From an uncultured Chloroflexia bacterium (GTDB taxonomy: Bacteria; Chloroflexota; Anaerolineae; Anaerolineales; UBA4823): DNA of 64,000 bases. Shown here piece by piece: positions 1 to 9,496 of the stretch. How positions within the stretch are numbered: the stretch's first letter is position 1; every line of letters starts with the position of its first letter. The position numbers and the translations under genes were made by a program. The notes beneath the pieces are model-generated. The model made no database searches. It saw nothing but the letters and a program-made list of their open reading frames with translations, and had not been told where the DNA came from. Location of the stretch: contig CAVUOY010000007.1 in the NCBI GenBank assembly GCA_963743215.1, positions 121,019-185,018 on the forward strand. The letters run 5' to 3'.

Positions 1-1
1 T

Positions 2-376
2 CTGGAATGCAGTAACTGCCATATGTTTACCAGCCCGCGCACCAATGATCCGATCCAGGGTCTGGTTCCAACAGGCCATACTTTTGCAGTAGGCTCGGAT
101 GCGTGTATCGCCTGTCACCAGGATACCGTTCACACCCGCAATGAAATTGTCAAGTTATCGGGTGAAGTCGCCCAGCTCGAGACGGTGGATACCGCTACGC
201 TTGCACAACAAGTACAGACTCAAGAGCAGCAAATCAGTGACCTCAAAACCCAAAGTACAAATCGTCTTTATATCGGCCTGGTACAGGGAGCAATCGTCGG
301 TTTGATGACCGGTGGTGCAGCTGCATGGGTGGTAAGTCGCGGCATTCGTGTCGTTGAGGTTAAAGAAGATGAGTAA
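2..376 (+). CDS. multihaem cytochrome c, C-terminal part (5' end outside window), C-terminal membrane anchor
   Basis: Frame open from base 2 to window edge; CSNCH (8-22) and CIACH haem motifs; C-terminal hydrophobic helix LYIGLVQGAIVGLMTGGAAAWVV; abuts next gene. Confidence 0.7.
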   Translation: MECSNCHMFTSPRTNDPIQGLVPTGHTFAVGSDACIACHQDTVHTRNEIVKLSGEVAQLETVDTATLAQQVQTQEQQISDLKTQSTNRLYIGLVQGAIVGLMTGGAAAWVVSRGIRVVEVKEDE

Positions 377-1217
377 GAAAAAGACCAAGATCAAGCTTAA
401 GCTTACCCGGCGAGATTTTTTCATCGTTGGCGGTACAGCAGCCGGATCTGTGGTTGCTGCACAGCTGTTGACGACGGGTCCACTTTCGCCTTTTGCCAGT
501 TTCAAGCAGGAACAGGTTGAAGGTATCGAAGAAGCGGGCACCAATGTCGCAGGGCATCACTGGGGGATGGTGATCAACCTGGATAAATGCATTGGCTGCG
601 AATACTGCCTGCGAGCCTGTTCCGCCACCAATGACGTGTGGGTGGACCCAGCTACAAAACAACCCGAGAAACCCTGGAATATCGTTGTGAATGAAAAAAC
701 TTCCACGGGAACACCCTTCTTTTTCAGCCGTCCTTGTTTGCATTGCGGAGATGCACCTTGTGTTGAAGTCTGCCCGGTCCGCGCCACCTATCACCGTGAG
801 GATGGGCTGGTGATAATGAATTATGACCGCTGCATCGGCTGCCGTTATTGTGAGATTGCCTGTCCTTATGATGCCCGAAAATTTAACTGGCAGGCACGCA
901 CAGATGTCAATCCATATATTCCAACTTGGGGGATTGCTGAAATCGACCGTCGCCCGCGAGGTGTGGTTGAAAAATGCACTTTTTGTATCCACCGGATCGA
1001 TGCTGGGTTAAAAGGCGGTTTTATGCCAGGTGAAGATCGTGAAGCCACCCCAGCCTGCGTGAATATCTGCCCGGTCGGCGCCCGTCTATTTGGCGACCTG
1101 AATGACCCTGCCAGCCCAGTGTCTCAAGCCATCTCTACAGAAGCAACTATACGCTTGCGTGAAGAATTGGGCACAGAGCCAAGCGTTTATTACGTCATCC
1201 CCAAGGAGGGCTTGTAA
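369..1217 (+). CDS. NrfC/PsrB/DmsB-type 4Fe-4S cluster subunit with twin-arginine signal
   Basis: LTRRDFF Tat motif; CIGCEYCLRAC, CLHCGDAPCVEVCP, CIGCRYCEIACP, CTFC...CVNICP cysteine groups; GAGG RBS before ATG 369 (ORF track start 348 is possible alternative). Confidence 0.85.
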   Translation: MSKKKTKIKLKLTRRDFFIVGGTAAGSVVAAQLLTTGPLSPFASFKQEQVEGIEEAGTNVAGHHWGMVINLDKCIGCEYCLRACSATNDVWVDPATKQPEKPWNIVVNEKTSTGTPFFFSRPCLHCGDAPCVEVCPVRATYHREDGLVIMNYDRCIGCRYCEIACPYDARKFNWQARTDVNPYIPTWGIAEIDRRPRGVVEKCTFCIHRIDAGLKGGFMPGEDREATPACVNICPVGARLFGDLNDPASPVSQAISTEATIRLREELGTEPSVYYVIPKEGL

Positions 1218-1218
1218 A

Positions 1219-2445
1219 ATGGCCACCCCTGTATTAGGTGAAAGAAAGTTATTCTCATTTAGCCCGGCCTTACTGGCCTGGTTCGGCTTGCTTGCTCTAA
1301 GCATTTTAATCGGCCTCGTTTCGGCATATCAAGTTTTTAGGAATGGCTTATATATCACCAGCATGTCTGATTCTGTCCCCTGGGGCTTATGGATTACCAT
1401 CGATCTATCCTCCATTGCACTCGGGGCGGGTGCATTCACACTATCAGCAGTGGTATATCTTTTTGGATTGAAGCGTTTCCAGCCTATCGTTCGATTGGCA
1501 GTTTTTGTTGGTTTTATCGGCTATACAGCCGCATTACTAACTTTAATTATGGACATTGGTCGGCCGGATCGTTTTTGGCATCCATGGGTATATTGGAATA
1601 TCCATTCGGTCTTGTGGGAAATTACCATGTGCATCACCATTTATTTAGTTGTGATGCTGGTTGAATTTGCCCCGGTCATTGCAGAATCGAAATTATTCAA
1701 TCGCTACTCATGGATCCACACCGCAGCAAGATATCTTCATCGCGCCGCACCCGTGCTTGCCCTAATTGGTTTGGGTATCTCTCTTTTGCACCAGTCCTCT
1801 CTGGGAGCTACCTATGGCATAGTAAAATCCCGCCCGATCTGGTTCAAACCCAGCATGCCGATCATGTTCATTCTCTCGGCTGTGGCGGTTGGACCTGCAT
1901 TAACCATGGCAGTTGCTCATGTAACCGAATGGATAACAGGAAAGCTAACCGTGCCGCATGAAGTATTGCGCGCCATAGCCCGCTTCAGTGGTTTTGCAAT
2001 CATGGTTTATGGCTATCTCCGCTTTTGGGATTTGGCAGCTGTCACATATTATGGTCGCACTCCTTCAGTCAGTGAGGCATTCAACCTGCTCAATCAGCAA
2101 ACTCCCTACAATTTCTCTTTTTGGATCTTTGAGATCATTCTGGGGGTGATATTGCCAGCGATCCTCTTCCTGACCCCCCGCTTCAATCGCAATCCGGCTT
2201 ACCTGGTTATCGGCACTTTTTTCGCAGTCATCGGTATCCTCATCAATCGCTGGAATGTCACCGTCGGAGGTCTGTTCGTCCCATTAAGCTATTCTCCAGG
2301 AACGCTCTATCAGCTTGCTCCGGGTAAATATTTCCCCGGTTTACCAGAATGGGGCATCGCTATCGGTATCATCGGATATGGATTCACTTTGCTCACCCTG
2401 GGCATTCGCTATCTGCCACTATTTGGTAAGGAAGATCATTCGTAA
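1219..2445 (+). CDS. NrfD/PsrC-family integral membrane quinol-interacting subunit
   Basis: About 8-10 hydrophobic helices, NrfD-like sequence (PWGLWITIDLSSIALGAGAF, GRPDRFWHP); AAGGAGGG RBS at 1203-1210, ATG 1 nt after the upstream stop. Confidence 0.8.
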   Translation: MATPVLGERKLFSFSPALLAWFGLLALSILIGLVSAYQVFRNGLYITSMSDSVPWGLWITIDLSSIALGAGAFTLSAVVYLFGLKRFQPIVRLAVFVGFIGYTAALLTLIMDIGRPDRFWHPWVYWNIHSVLWEITMCITIYLVVMLVEFAPVIAESKLFNRYSWIHTAARYLHRAAPVLALIGLGISLLHQSSLGATYGIVKSRPIWFKPSMPIMFILSAVAVGPALTMAVAHVTEWITGKLTVPHEVLRAIARFSGFAIMVYGYLRFWDLAAVTYYGRTPSVSEAFNLLNQQTPYNFSFWIFEIILGVILPAILFLTPRFNRNPAYLVIGTFFAVIGILINRWNVTVGGLFVPLSYSPGTLYQLAPGKYFPGLPEWGIAIGIIGYGFTLLTLGIRYLPLFGKEDHS

Positions 2446-2578
2446 TCTTCCCCGATGGATAGGTTATACTTAATAGTGAAAAATTTCCTTTATAGAACTC
2501 GCTTCTCCCTGCAAATTATCATCCAGACTTGCTTGGGTGGGTCTGCAAGACTATTTACACCAAGCGGAGGACAAAATA

Positions 2579-2752
2579 ATGGGTGACGCAACAGCCAATC
2601 CAATATATATCGCAATGCTTTGTATTCCGCGTTGCCTGGTGCCTTTGTTGATCTTATTCGGGGTTTCTTATCTGCTACGTCGTTTCGGAGTAATCGCAAA
2701 ACCTGCTCCTCCTTCAGACGAATTTCAAAAAAGTGATGAGAATAGTAATTAA
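2579..2752 (+). CDS. small single-pass membrane protein, hypothetical
   Basis: GGAGG RBS 8 nt upstream of ATG 2579; one hydrophobic helix (IYIAMLCIPRCLVPLLILFGVSYLL); its stop sits inside the RBS of the next gene. Confidence 0.35.
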   Translation: MGDATANPIYIAMLCIPRCLVPLLILFGVSYLLRRFGVIAKPAPPSDEFQKSDENSN

Positions 2753-2765
2753 GGAGGATCGGGAA

Positions 2766-4613
2766 ATGTCAAAGTCTTCTATCGTCAATAAAATGCCCGG
2801 TATATTTCTACTATTGGGTTTCCTCGTCCTGCTTAGCTTGATTTGGGTTTCTCCTTCCCAGGCCAGCCAGCCGAAACAGCAAACCGAAGAATATTGTTTA
2901 AGCTGCCATTCCAATTCTGATCTTTCACTTACCCTCCCAAGTGGCGAGACCCTTTCGTTATACATCAATTCTGACGAGTTACAAACCTCCGTCCACAGTC
3001 CGAATGGGATTGAATGCGAAGCCTGCCATACCAACATTACCACCTACCCTCATCCGGCGATTAATTACCAGAACAAGCGCGAATTAACCAGAGTTTATTA
3101 CACCGCCTGCCAGAAATGTCACCCCGATAACTATTCAAGGACTCAGGATAGCATGCACGCTCAGGTCGCTGAAGCAGGCAATCTCAACGCCCCCGTATGC
3201 ACTGATTGCCATGGATCCCATTATATCCACCCACCCAGTGAACCGCGCACCTTGATCCCGGAGACGTGTGGCAACTGTCACACCCAGGAATTTTCCGTCT
3301 ACCAGGCCAGCGTGCATGGGAATGCCTTGATTCAGGAATCAAATCCCGATGTTCCCGTCTGCACTACCTGCCATGGTGTGCACAATATTCACGACCCACG
3401 CACCCAGCAATTCAGGGTGCAGGAACCCGATTTATGCGCTAGCTGTCACGCAAATCAAGAAATGATGGCTAAATACGGCCTATCGGCCGACGTGTACAGC
3501 TTGTACAGCCTATCCTGGCATGGTGTGGATGTATCCATTTACCAGGCCCGCTGGCCAACAATCCAGCATACCTCTGCCGTATGTACCGATTGCCATGGCA
3601 TCCATGACATCCTAAAGCCTGACGATCCGAGCTCATCAGTCAATCCGAAAAACCTGCTGGTCACCTGCCAGAAGTGTCACCCGGGTGTCAGCTCGAATTG
3701 GACCGGCGCGTGGACCGGACATTACAAAGTCAGCCTACAGCGAACCCCAATTCTATTCTACGTCGATTCTTTTTACTCGATTTTTACGCCTGCCATCCTG
3801 TGGATTTGTGGGATATACGTTGCCCTTCAATTCATAAGGTTTATGGTTGATCGAGTAAGGAGGAAGCTTATGACCAACCAACATCCACCCAGCTCTATCT
3901 CACCGAATCATCCCGTCAGGTTGGTACGCACTTTTCCGCGCTTCAGCGTCAGTCAGCGTTCGGAACATGCAGTTTTTCTCCTTTGCATTGCAATCCTCCT
4001 GCTTACCGGTTTACCCCAGAAATTTAACACCTCCACCTGGAGTCAGGCGATCATCTCTTCACCTGACAGGTTGAACCTGATCCAGCAAATACACCATATC
4101 ACTGCATTGGTTCTATCCGCCCTGGTTTTATACCACCTGGGACGGGCGATTTACCTCATCGCCAGGCGGAAACTACCCGGTGATATGCTACCAACATTTC
4201 AGGATGTGAAAGATGCCTGGAATATGCTGCTCTACCTTATTTTCATAAAAAAACAGAAGCCTGCTTTTGGGAAATTCAATTTTGAGCAAAAGGTCACCTA
4301 TTGGTTCCTGTTCTTTTCAGTCGGGATCATGATCGTCTCCGGTTTTATCATGTGGTTTCCAGACGTGGTCACCCGCCTCCTACCTGGTGGAGTTATCCCA
4401 GGTGCGATTATGGCTCACAGTACAGAAGCGATCGTCACGATCATTTTTGTGATCCTCTGGCATTTCTACCATGTGCATCTCGAGCGTCTCAACCTGAGCA
4501 TATTTTCCGGCTGGCTAAATGATGAAGATATGCGCAGCTATCATTCCCTTGAATATGACCGGCTGATCAACAAGTCTCATACCGATCAGGATCCAGGAGA
4601 AATGAAGTCATGA
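2766..4613 (+). CDS. nonahaem cytochrome c fused to FdnI/HydC-type dihaem cytochrome b (CbcL-like)
   Basis: Signal/anchor helix, 9 CXXCH motifs, then a 4-helix domain with RSEHAVFLLCIAILLLTGLPQKF and WHFYHVH typical of formate-dehydrogenase gamma / Ni-Fe hydrogenase b-type cytochromes; AAGGAGG RBS. Confidence 0.85.
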   Translation: MSKSSIVNKMPGIFLLLGFLVLLSLIWVSPSQASQPKQQTEEYCLSCHSNSDLSLTLPSGETLSLYINSDELQTSVHSPNGIECEACHTNITTYPHPAINYQNKRELTRVYYTACQKCHPDNYSRTQDSMHAQVAEAGNLNAPVCTDCHGSHYIHPPSEPRTLIPETCGNCHTQEFSVYQASVHGNALIQESNPDVPVCTTCHGVHNIHDPRTQQFRVQEPDLCASCHANQEMMAKYGLSADVYSLYSLSWHGVDVSIYQARWPTIQHTSAVCTDCHGIHDILKPDDPSSSVNPKNLLVTCQKCHPGVSSNWTGAWTGHYKVSLQRTPILFYVDSFYSIFTPAILWICGIYVALQFIRFMVDRVRRKLMTNQHPPSSISPNHPVRLVRTFPRFSVSQRSEHAVFLLCIAILLLTGLPQKFNTSTWSQAIISSPDRLNLIQQIHHITALVLSALVLYHLGRAIYLIARRKLPGDMLPTFQDVKDAWNMLLYLIFIKKQKPAFGKFNFEQKVTYWFLFFSVGIMIVSGFIMWFPDVVTRLLPGGVIPGAIMAHSTEAIVTIIFVILWHFYHVHLERLNLSIFSGWLNDEDMRSYHSLEYDRLINKSHTDQDPGEMKS

Positions 4614-6058
4614 GGGCTGTAAGAACACACCTGTTTTTATACTTTATTGGTGTAATCCTCATCGGCAGCATTACCATTTTGCACTTTGCAACGGAGGCGA
4701 ATGCGGCACCAATCGAACAAGCCTCCCAAAACAACATTCAACAGCAGGGTTTGCCAAATGTGACTTCGGCTGAACCCATTGTGAGTAACGAAACCTGCTT
4801 GGAATGCCATGACCAGCCAGGGCTAACGATGACCCTTCTGAATGGGGATGTTCTGGATCTTTACGTCAATCCCGACGTTTATTCGGCCTCTATCCATGGT
4901 AAGGATGGGTATGCCTGTGTTCAATGTCATACCAACCTGGGAGAATATCCGCATCCCTTATTTACCGCAACCAGTCTTCGTGACGCTACGCTTCGCTTGA
5001 CTAACTTGTGTGACCGCTGTCATTCGGGCGAATATAACCTGACCATGGATAGTGTCCATTATGATAAGCTGGCTATCGGCATTAAAGAAGCCGCCGTTTG
5101 CACAGATTGCCATGGGTCACATGATGTGCATCAGTGGATCGACCCCAAAACCCAGGAAATACTACCCGAAGCCCGGCTAAGTATTCCTGCCACGTGTTCC
5201 AAGTGCCATAATGCAATCTATCAAAAGTATCGTACCAGCGTACACGGTGCTGCGCTGACCGATGAAGCAAACACGGATGTCCCCACCTGCATCGACTGCC
5301 ATGGGGTTCATAATATCGGGAATCCAACGACTGCAGAGTTCCGCCTAAAATCGCCTGAACTTTGTGCCGGTTGCCATACAAACCCCAATTTAATGGACAA
5401 ATACGGGATTTCTACCAATGTCTTGAATACCTATGTGGCTGATTTCCATGGTACAACGGTCACATTATTCGAGAAGCAATCCCCCGACGCTCAAACGAAT
5501 AAACCGGTTTGTTATGACTGCCATGGTGTGCACGACATCACCCGGGTGGACGACCCGAAAACCGGGATTGATATGCAGCAAAATCTCCTGGTGCGCTGTA
5601 AAGTCTGTCATCCCGATGCCACCAGCAATTTCCCTAGCGCCTGGATGTCTCATTACATCCCCTCGCCAGACCACTACTCCCTGGTTTATTACGTTGATCT
5701 ATTTTATAAATTCTTTATTCCAGCAGTCCTTGGTTTTATGCTAGCCATGGTTGGACTGGATGTAGGTCATACCGCCTTTATTAAAACACGGCGTGGAAAA
5801 CGTCATCTCGAACCCACCTCAACCCAGGCTCAAACAGATACAGCACCCGAATCATCCACGCTAGCTCCCTCGAGTGCAGAGGCTACCGACCAGCCAGTTC
5901 TATCTGAGAATGTTGAGATTAAGGGTGAACATAGTGAGCAAAGTGAGCTGAGTGCGCTCAACATGCCACTAGAAGAAGGCAACCAGGCTGATCAAAAAGA
6001 GGAAACCCAACCAGATAATCAGAGCGAAAATCCTGATGAGGAGGTGACCCATGAGTGA
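4610..6058 (+). CDS. nonahaem cytochrome c, membrane anchored, acidic low-complexity C-terminal tail
   Basis: ATGA start/stop overlap with upstream gene; 9 CXXCH motifs collinear with the c-domain of 2766-4613; C-terminal TM helix then about 100 aa rich in E/Q/S/T. Confidence 0.85.
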   Translation: MRAVRTHLFLYFIGVILIGSITILHFATEANAAPIEQASQNNIQQQGLPNVTSAEPIVSNETCLECHDQPGLTMTLLNGDVLDLYVNPDVYSASIHGKDGYACVQCHTNLGEYPHPLFTATSLRDATLRLTNLCDRCHSGEYNLTMDSVHYDKLAIGIKEAAVCTDCHGSHDVHQWIDPKTQEILPEARLSIPATCSKCHNAIYQKYRTSVHGAALTDEANTDVPTCIDCHGVHNIGNPTTAEFRLKSPELCAGCHTNPNLMDKYGISTNVLNTYVADFHGTTVTLFEKQSPDAQTNKPVCYDCHGVHDITRVDDPKTGIDMQQNLLVRCKVCHPDATSNFPSAWMSHYIPSPDHYSLVYYVDLFYKFFIPAVLGFMLAMVGLDVGHTAFIKTRRGKRHLEPTSTQAQTDTAPESSTLAPSSAEATDQPVLSENVEIKGEHSEQSELSALNMPLEEGNQADQKEETQPDNQSENPDEEVTHE

Positions 6059-7259
6059 CACCACTGTGGATACTCACTCAAGAGTCACCCCCTCCGATGA
6101 CAAGATCACATATTCGCGTTTTGATATTTCGCAGCGTATCGAGCACATTGTCTTTTTATTATCATTTACGATATTAGGCTTTACTGGATTGATCCAAAAA
6201 TTTTCCACCAGCCAGGTCAGCGATACCTTGATTTTTATTCTGGGTGGCATTGAACGGGTGCGCATTATTCACCATTACAGTGCCATCGTCATGATGATCG
6301 TGAGTGGATATCATGTGCTCGCGTTAGCTTATAAAATATTCGTCCTGCGGGTCAGATGGACCATGTTGCCCGTTATCGAGGACCTTCAACATCTCTTCCA
6401 GGATATTCTATTCTTCATCGGTATCCGAAAACATCGCGGCTATTACGGTCGTTATAACTACGCTGAAAAAGTCGAATACCTGGCTGTCGTATGGGGTACG
6501 ATAATCATGGGTCTATCGGGCTTCATGATGTGGAACCCCCTCTCCACCACCCGCCTGTTACCCGGAGATTTCATCCCCGCGGCTAAAGCCGCCCATGGAG
6601 CAGAGGCCATCCTGGCTGTTCTGGCAATCATCATCTGGCATTTCTATCACGTCCATGTCAAGCATTTCAATAAGAGCATGTTCAACGGCAAGATTACTCG
6701 CACAGATATGATACACGAACACCCCGCTGAGCTTGCTCAGTTAGAATCAGGTCAGGGGAATAAACGGATCCCGGTGAAAGTTCTCAGGCGCAGGCAACAG
6801 GTTTTCTTCCCGGCTGCCCTGATTTTCACCCTTGCATTCGGTTTCGGTATTTATAAGTTCGCCAATTTTGAGGTAACTGCAATAACCACAATCCCTCAAG
6901 GGGAAACTGCCCAGGTCTATGTTCCGGTAACACCTACCCCCAGACCATCTCCTACACCTCCACCCACCCTCGAACCCGGTGCTGAAGTAAGTGCCATGAC
7001 CTGGGAAGGCTATTTCTCCGGCTTATTCCGCAATCGATGCGGCTCTTGCCACGGGATAACCAATGTTGGAGGGTTGAGCCTTTCGACCTACCAGGATGCA
7101 CTCGTTGGCGGTAATTCAGGTCCGGCTATCGTTCCTGGCGACTCCGATAACAGTGTTCTGGTCCTAAAGCAATCCGCGGGCAATCATCCCGGGCAGCTGA
7201 CGATCGACGAGCTGGCTCAGGTCATTGCCTGGGTTAAGTCAGGTGCCCCAGAGAAATAA
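6051..7259 (+). CDS. FdnI/HydC-type cytochrome b with Pro-rich linker and C-terminal monohaem cytochrome c (PSCyt1-like) domain
   Basis: 8-nt overlap with upstream gene; FDISQRIEHIVFLLSFTILGFTGLIQKF and WHFYHVHV parallel the b-domain of 2766-4613; extra TM; PTPRPSPTPPPT linker; CGSCHG ... WVKSGAPEK tail. Confidence 0.8.
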   Translation: MSDTTVDTHSRVTPSDDKITYSRFDISQRIEHIVFLLSFTILGFTGLIQKFSTSQVSDTLIFILGGIERVRIIHHYSAIVMMIVSGYHVLALAYKIFVLRVRWTMLPVIEDLQHLFQDILFFIGIRKHRGYYGRYNYAEKVEYLAVVWGTIIMGLSGFMMWNPLSTTRLLPGDFIPAAKAAHGAEAILAVLAIIIWHFYHVHVKHFNKSMFNGKITRTDMIHEHPAELAQLESGQGNKRIPVKVLRRRQQVFFPAALIFTLAFGFGIYKFANFEVTAITTIPQGETAQVYVPVTPTPRPSPTPPPTLEPGAEVSAMTWEGYFSGLFRNRCGSCHGITNVGGLSLSTYQDALVGGNSGPAIVPGDSDNSVLVLKQSAGNHPGQLTIDELAQVIAWVKSGAPEK

Positions 7260-7272
7260 TGGAGTACAACAC

Positions 7273-8928
7273 ATGAGAAATTTTTTCAAACGCCTGGGTA
7301 AAGCATTACGTACTTTCTTTTTCCCGCCCGCTGACTCCAAAATGTGGATTAGAGTGCTACCATACGCCATTTTAGGCGTTCTGACATTGATCGTCTTGAT
7401 TGGGGCAGCATATGGATGGCAATACACCAATAGCCCACAATTTTGTGGGACCTCCTGCCATACCATGCCTCCTGAATACTCTGCTTATCTGGCATCACCG
7501 CATGCCCGGGTGGATTGTGTAGAGTGCCATATCGGTCGTGGTTTCATCGCCACGCAGATTACCCGCAAAGCTGGAGACCTTCGGCATGTTTTTGCGACTG
7601 TGCTGAAAAACTATGATTACCCGATTTTCGCCACGAACATGCGCCCTGCCAGAGACACTTGCGAGAAATGTCACAACCCGGATAAATTTTCAGATGACAG
7701 CCTGCGTGAAGACAAGCGTTACCAAAATGATCTCGATAATACCGCTTATTCTATTTTCCTCAGCCTCAAAACTGGTGGCGGTACCTCCCGCCAGGGACTT
7801 GGAAAGGGTATCCACTGGCATGTGGAAAATCGAGTGCTGTATTATGCCACCGACGAGCTGCAGGAGAATATTCCTTATATCCGTGTTTATAATGCGGATG
7901 GCACCTATACTGAATATACCGATATCGCTTCCAGTTATAACCCGGCAGAACTCAAGGAATCTGACTTGAAAGAGATGGATTGCGTAACCTGTCATAATCG
8001 CGTCACCCACCTCGTGCCTATGCCAGCAGATGAAGTCGATACCGCCCTGGCGCGCGGGCTCATCGATAAAACTATTCCAGATATCCGCTTGAAAGCAGTC
8101 GAGGTTCTCAGCGCTGCTTACACCTCCCAACAAGAAGGGTTGAATGGCATTGCCGGGTTGAATAATTATTACCAGGCCTATTACCCTGATTATTACGCTG
8201 CTAACACTGCTGCTATTCAAAACGCCATCGCGTATATCCAGAGTGTGTATTCCTCATCAGTCAACCTGGATCAAAAATCAGATTGGAATACACATCCTAA
8301 TAACATCGGTCACATGGATTTCCCGGGTTGTTTTCGCTGCCATGATGGCAAACACCTGGATGCTTTGCAGCAGGCGGTTCGGTTGGAATGCAATCTTTGC
8401 CATACGGTGCCCACAGTCGCAGGGCCGTCAAAATTTGTCGCAGATATTGAAATCTCGCGTGGCCCTGAACCCGAAACTCATCTGAATGCCAACTGGATTG
8501 CGATCCACAACCAGGTATTTAACCAGACCTGCAGTGATTGCCACACCACTGAGAATCCCGGTGGAACCGATAACTCCTCTTTTTGCTCGAACAGTGCCTG
8601 CCATGGAATAACCTGGAAGTATGCGGGTCTTTCTGCTCCTGAGCTGCGCCAGACGATCCTGTCTTCACTTCCCCCTACCCCCACCCCATCTCCATTGGAC
8701 CTGTCAGGAGCACTGACTTTTGATGCGTCCATCGGACCATTGTTCCAATCCCGCTGCGGGTCTTGCCATGGTGAGAATGGCATACAGGGGCTAAATCTAA
8801 CCACCTACCAGACGGCAATCCAGGGTGGAACGAATGGCTCTGTGATCATCCCGGGTGACGCAAATGCGAGTCCGCTTATCCAGAAACAATCTGGTGCCCT
8901 GCCTCATTTTGGCCAGCTTAACGCCTGA
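7273..8928 (+). CDS. NapC/NirT(NrfH/CymA)-like membrane-anchored multihaem cytochrome c with C-terminal PSCyt1-like domain (tail frameshifted, continues to 8980 in +1 frame)
   Basis: N-terminal TM helix followed by FCGTSCHTM...CVECHIG...CEKCH arrangement typical of NapC/NirT quinol dehydrogenases; 7 CXXCH plus CX3CH and CX4CH; see findings for frameshift. Confidence 0.7.
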   Translation: MRNFFKRLGKALRTFFFPPADSKMWIRVLPYAILGVLTLIVLIGAAYGWQYTNSPQFCGTSCHTMPPEYSAYLASPHARVDCVECHIGRGFIATQITRKAGDLRHVFATVLKNYDYPIFATNMRPARDTCEKCHNPDKFSDDSLREDKRYQNDLDNTAYSIFLSLKTGGGTSRQGLGKGIHWHVENRVLYYATDELQENIPYIRVYNADGTYTEYTDIASSYNPAELKESDLKEMDCVTCHNRVTHLVPMPADEVDTALARGLIDKTIPDIRLKAVEVLSAAYTSQQEGLNGIAGLNNYYQAYYPDYYAANTAAIQNAIAYIQSVYSSSVNLDQKSDWNTHPNNIGHMDFPGCFRCHDGKHLDALQQAVRLECNLCHTVPTVAGPSKFVADIEISRGPEPETHLNANWIAIHNQVFNQTCSDCHTTENPGGTDNSSFCSNSACHGITWKYAGLSAPELRQTILSSLPPTPTPSPLDLSGALTFDASIGPLFQSRCGSCHGENGIQGLNLTTYQTAIQGGTNGSVIIPGDANASPLIQKQSGALPHFGQLNA

Positions 8929-9012
8929 AGAGTTGAACCTGGTCATTGAGTGGATCAATGCTGGAGCACCGGAAAAATAATTAATCACCACCATTGCCAA
9001 AGGAGGTGAAAT

Positions 9013-9495
9013 ATGGGTGAAACGAAAGAGCTCAGCCGGCGGAATTTTATGCAAGCCGCTATCTGGGGAATTGGGGGGTTAATTGGGATTGGGTTTGGGG
9101 TGCCGGCGGTTGCATATGTCGTCGGTCCTGCATTAAAAAGCTCACAAACACAAACCTGGATGCGTCTGGGTCCAACTTCCAAGGTGGAGCTAGGCACTCC
9201 GACATTGTTTACCTTCACCATCCAAACCCAGACGGGTTGGATCGTGAATGCACAAGAAGTATCGGTATATGTGCTTTCTACTGACGGACGCACCTATATT
9301 GCAATGTCGAATATCTGCACCCACCTTGGCTGTCACATCCGTTGGATTAGTGAGCAGAATCAATTCTTCTGCCCTTGCCATAATGGAGTATTTGACGTTT
9401 CCGGTAATGTCATTTCCGGACCACCTCCTCGCCCGCTGGCGCGCTACGATGTCAAAATTGAAAATGATCAATTGTATGTGTTGGTAGGAGGTTGA
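9013..9495 (+). CDS. Rieske [2Fe-2S] subunit of a cytochrome bc/b6f-type complex
   Basis: SRRNFMQAA Tat motif plus TM; CTHLGCH and CPCHNGVF Rieske boxes; AAGGAGG RBS. Confidence 0.9.
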   Translation: MGETKELSRRNFMQAAIWGIGGLIGIGFGVPAVAYVVGPALKSSQTQTWMRLGPTSKVELGTPTLFTFTIQTQTGWIVNAQEVSVYVLSTDGRTYIAMSNICTHLGCHIRWISEQNQFFCPCHNGVFDVSGNVISGPPPRPLARYDVKIENDQLYVLVGG

Positions 9496-9496
9496 G

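Noticed and set aside
360-992. 210-aa minus-strand ORF opposite the NrfC-type gene, with similar antisense ORFs at 7690-8220, 22003-22626, 37344-37889 and 15151-15579
   Set aside because: All lie fully inside well-supported genes on the other strand and have no RBS or family resemblance.
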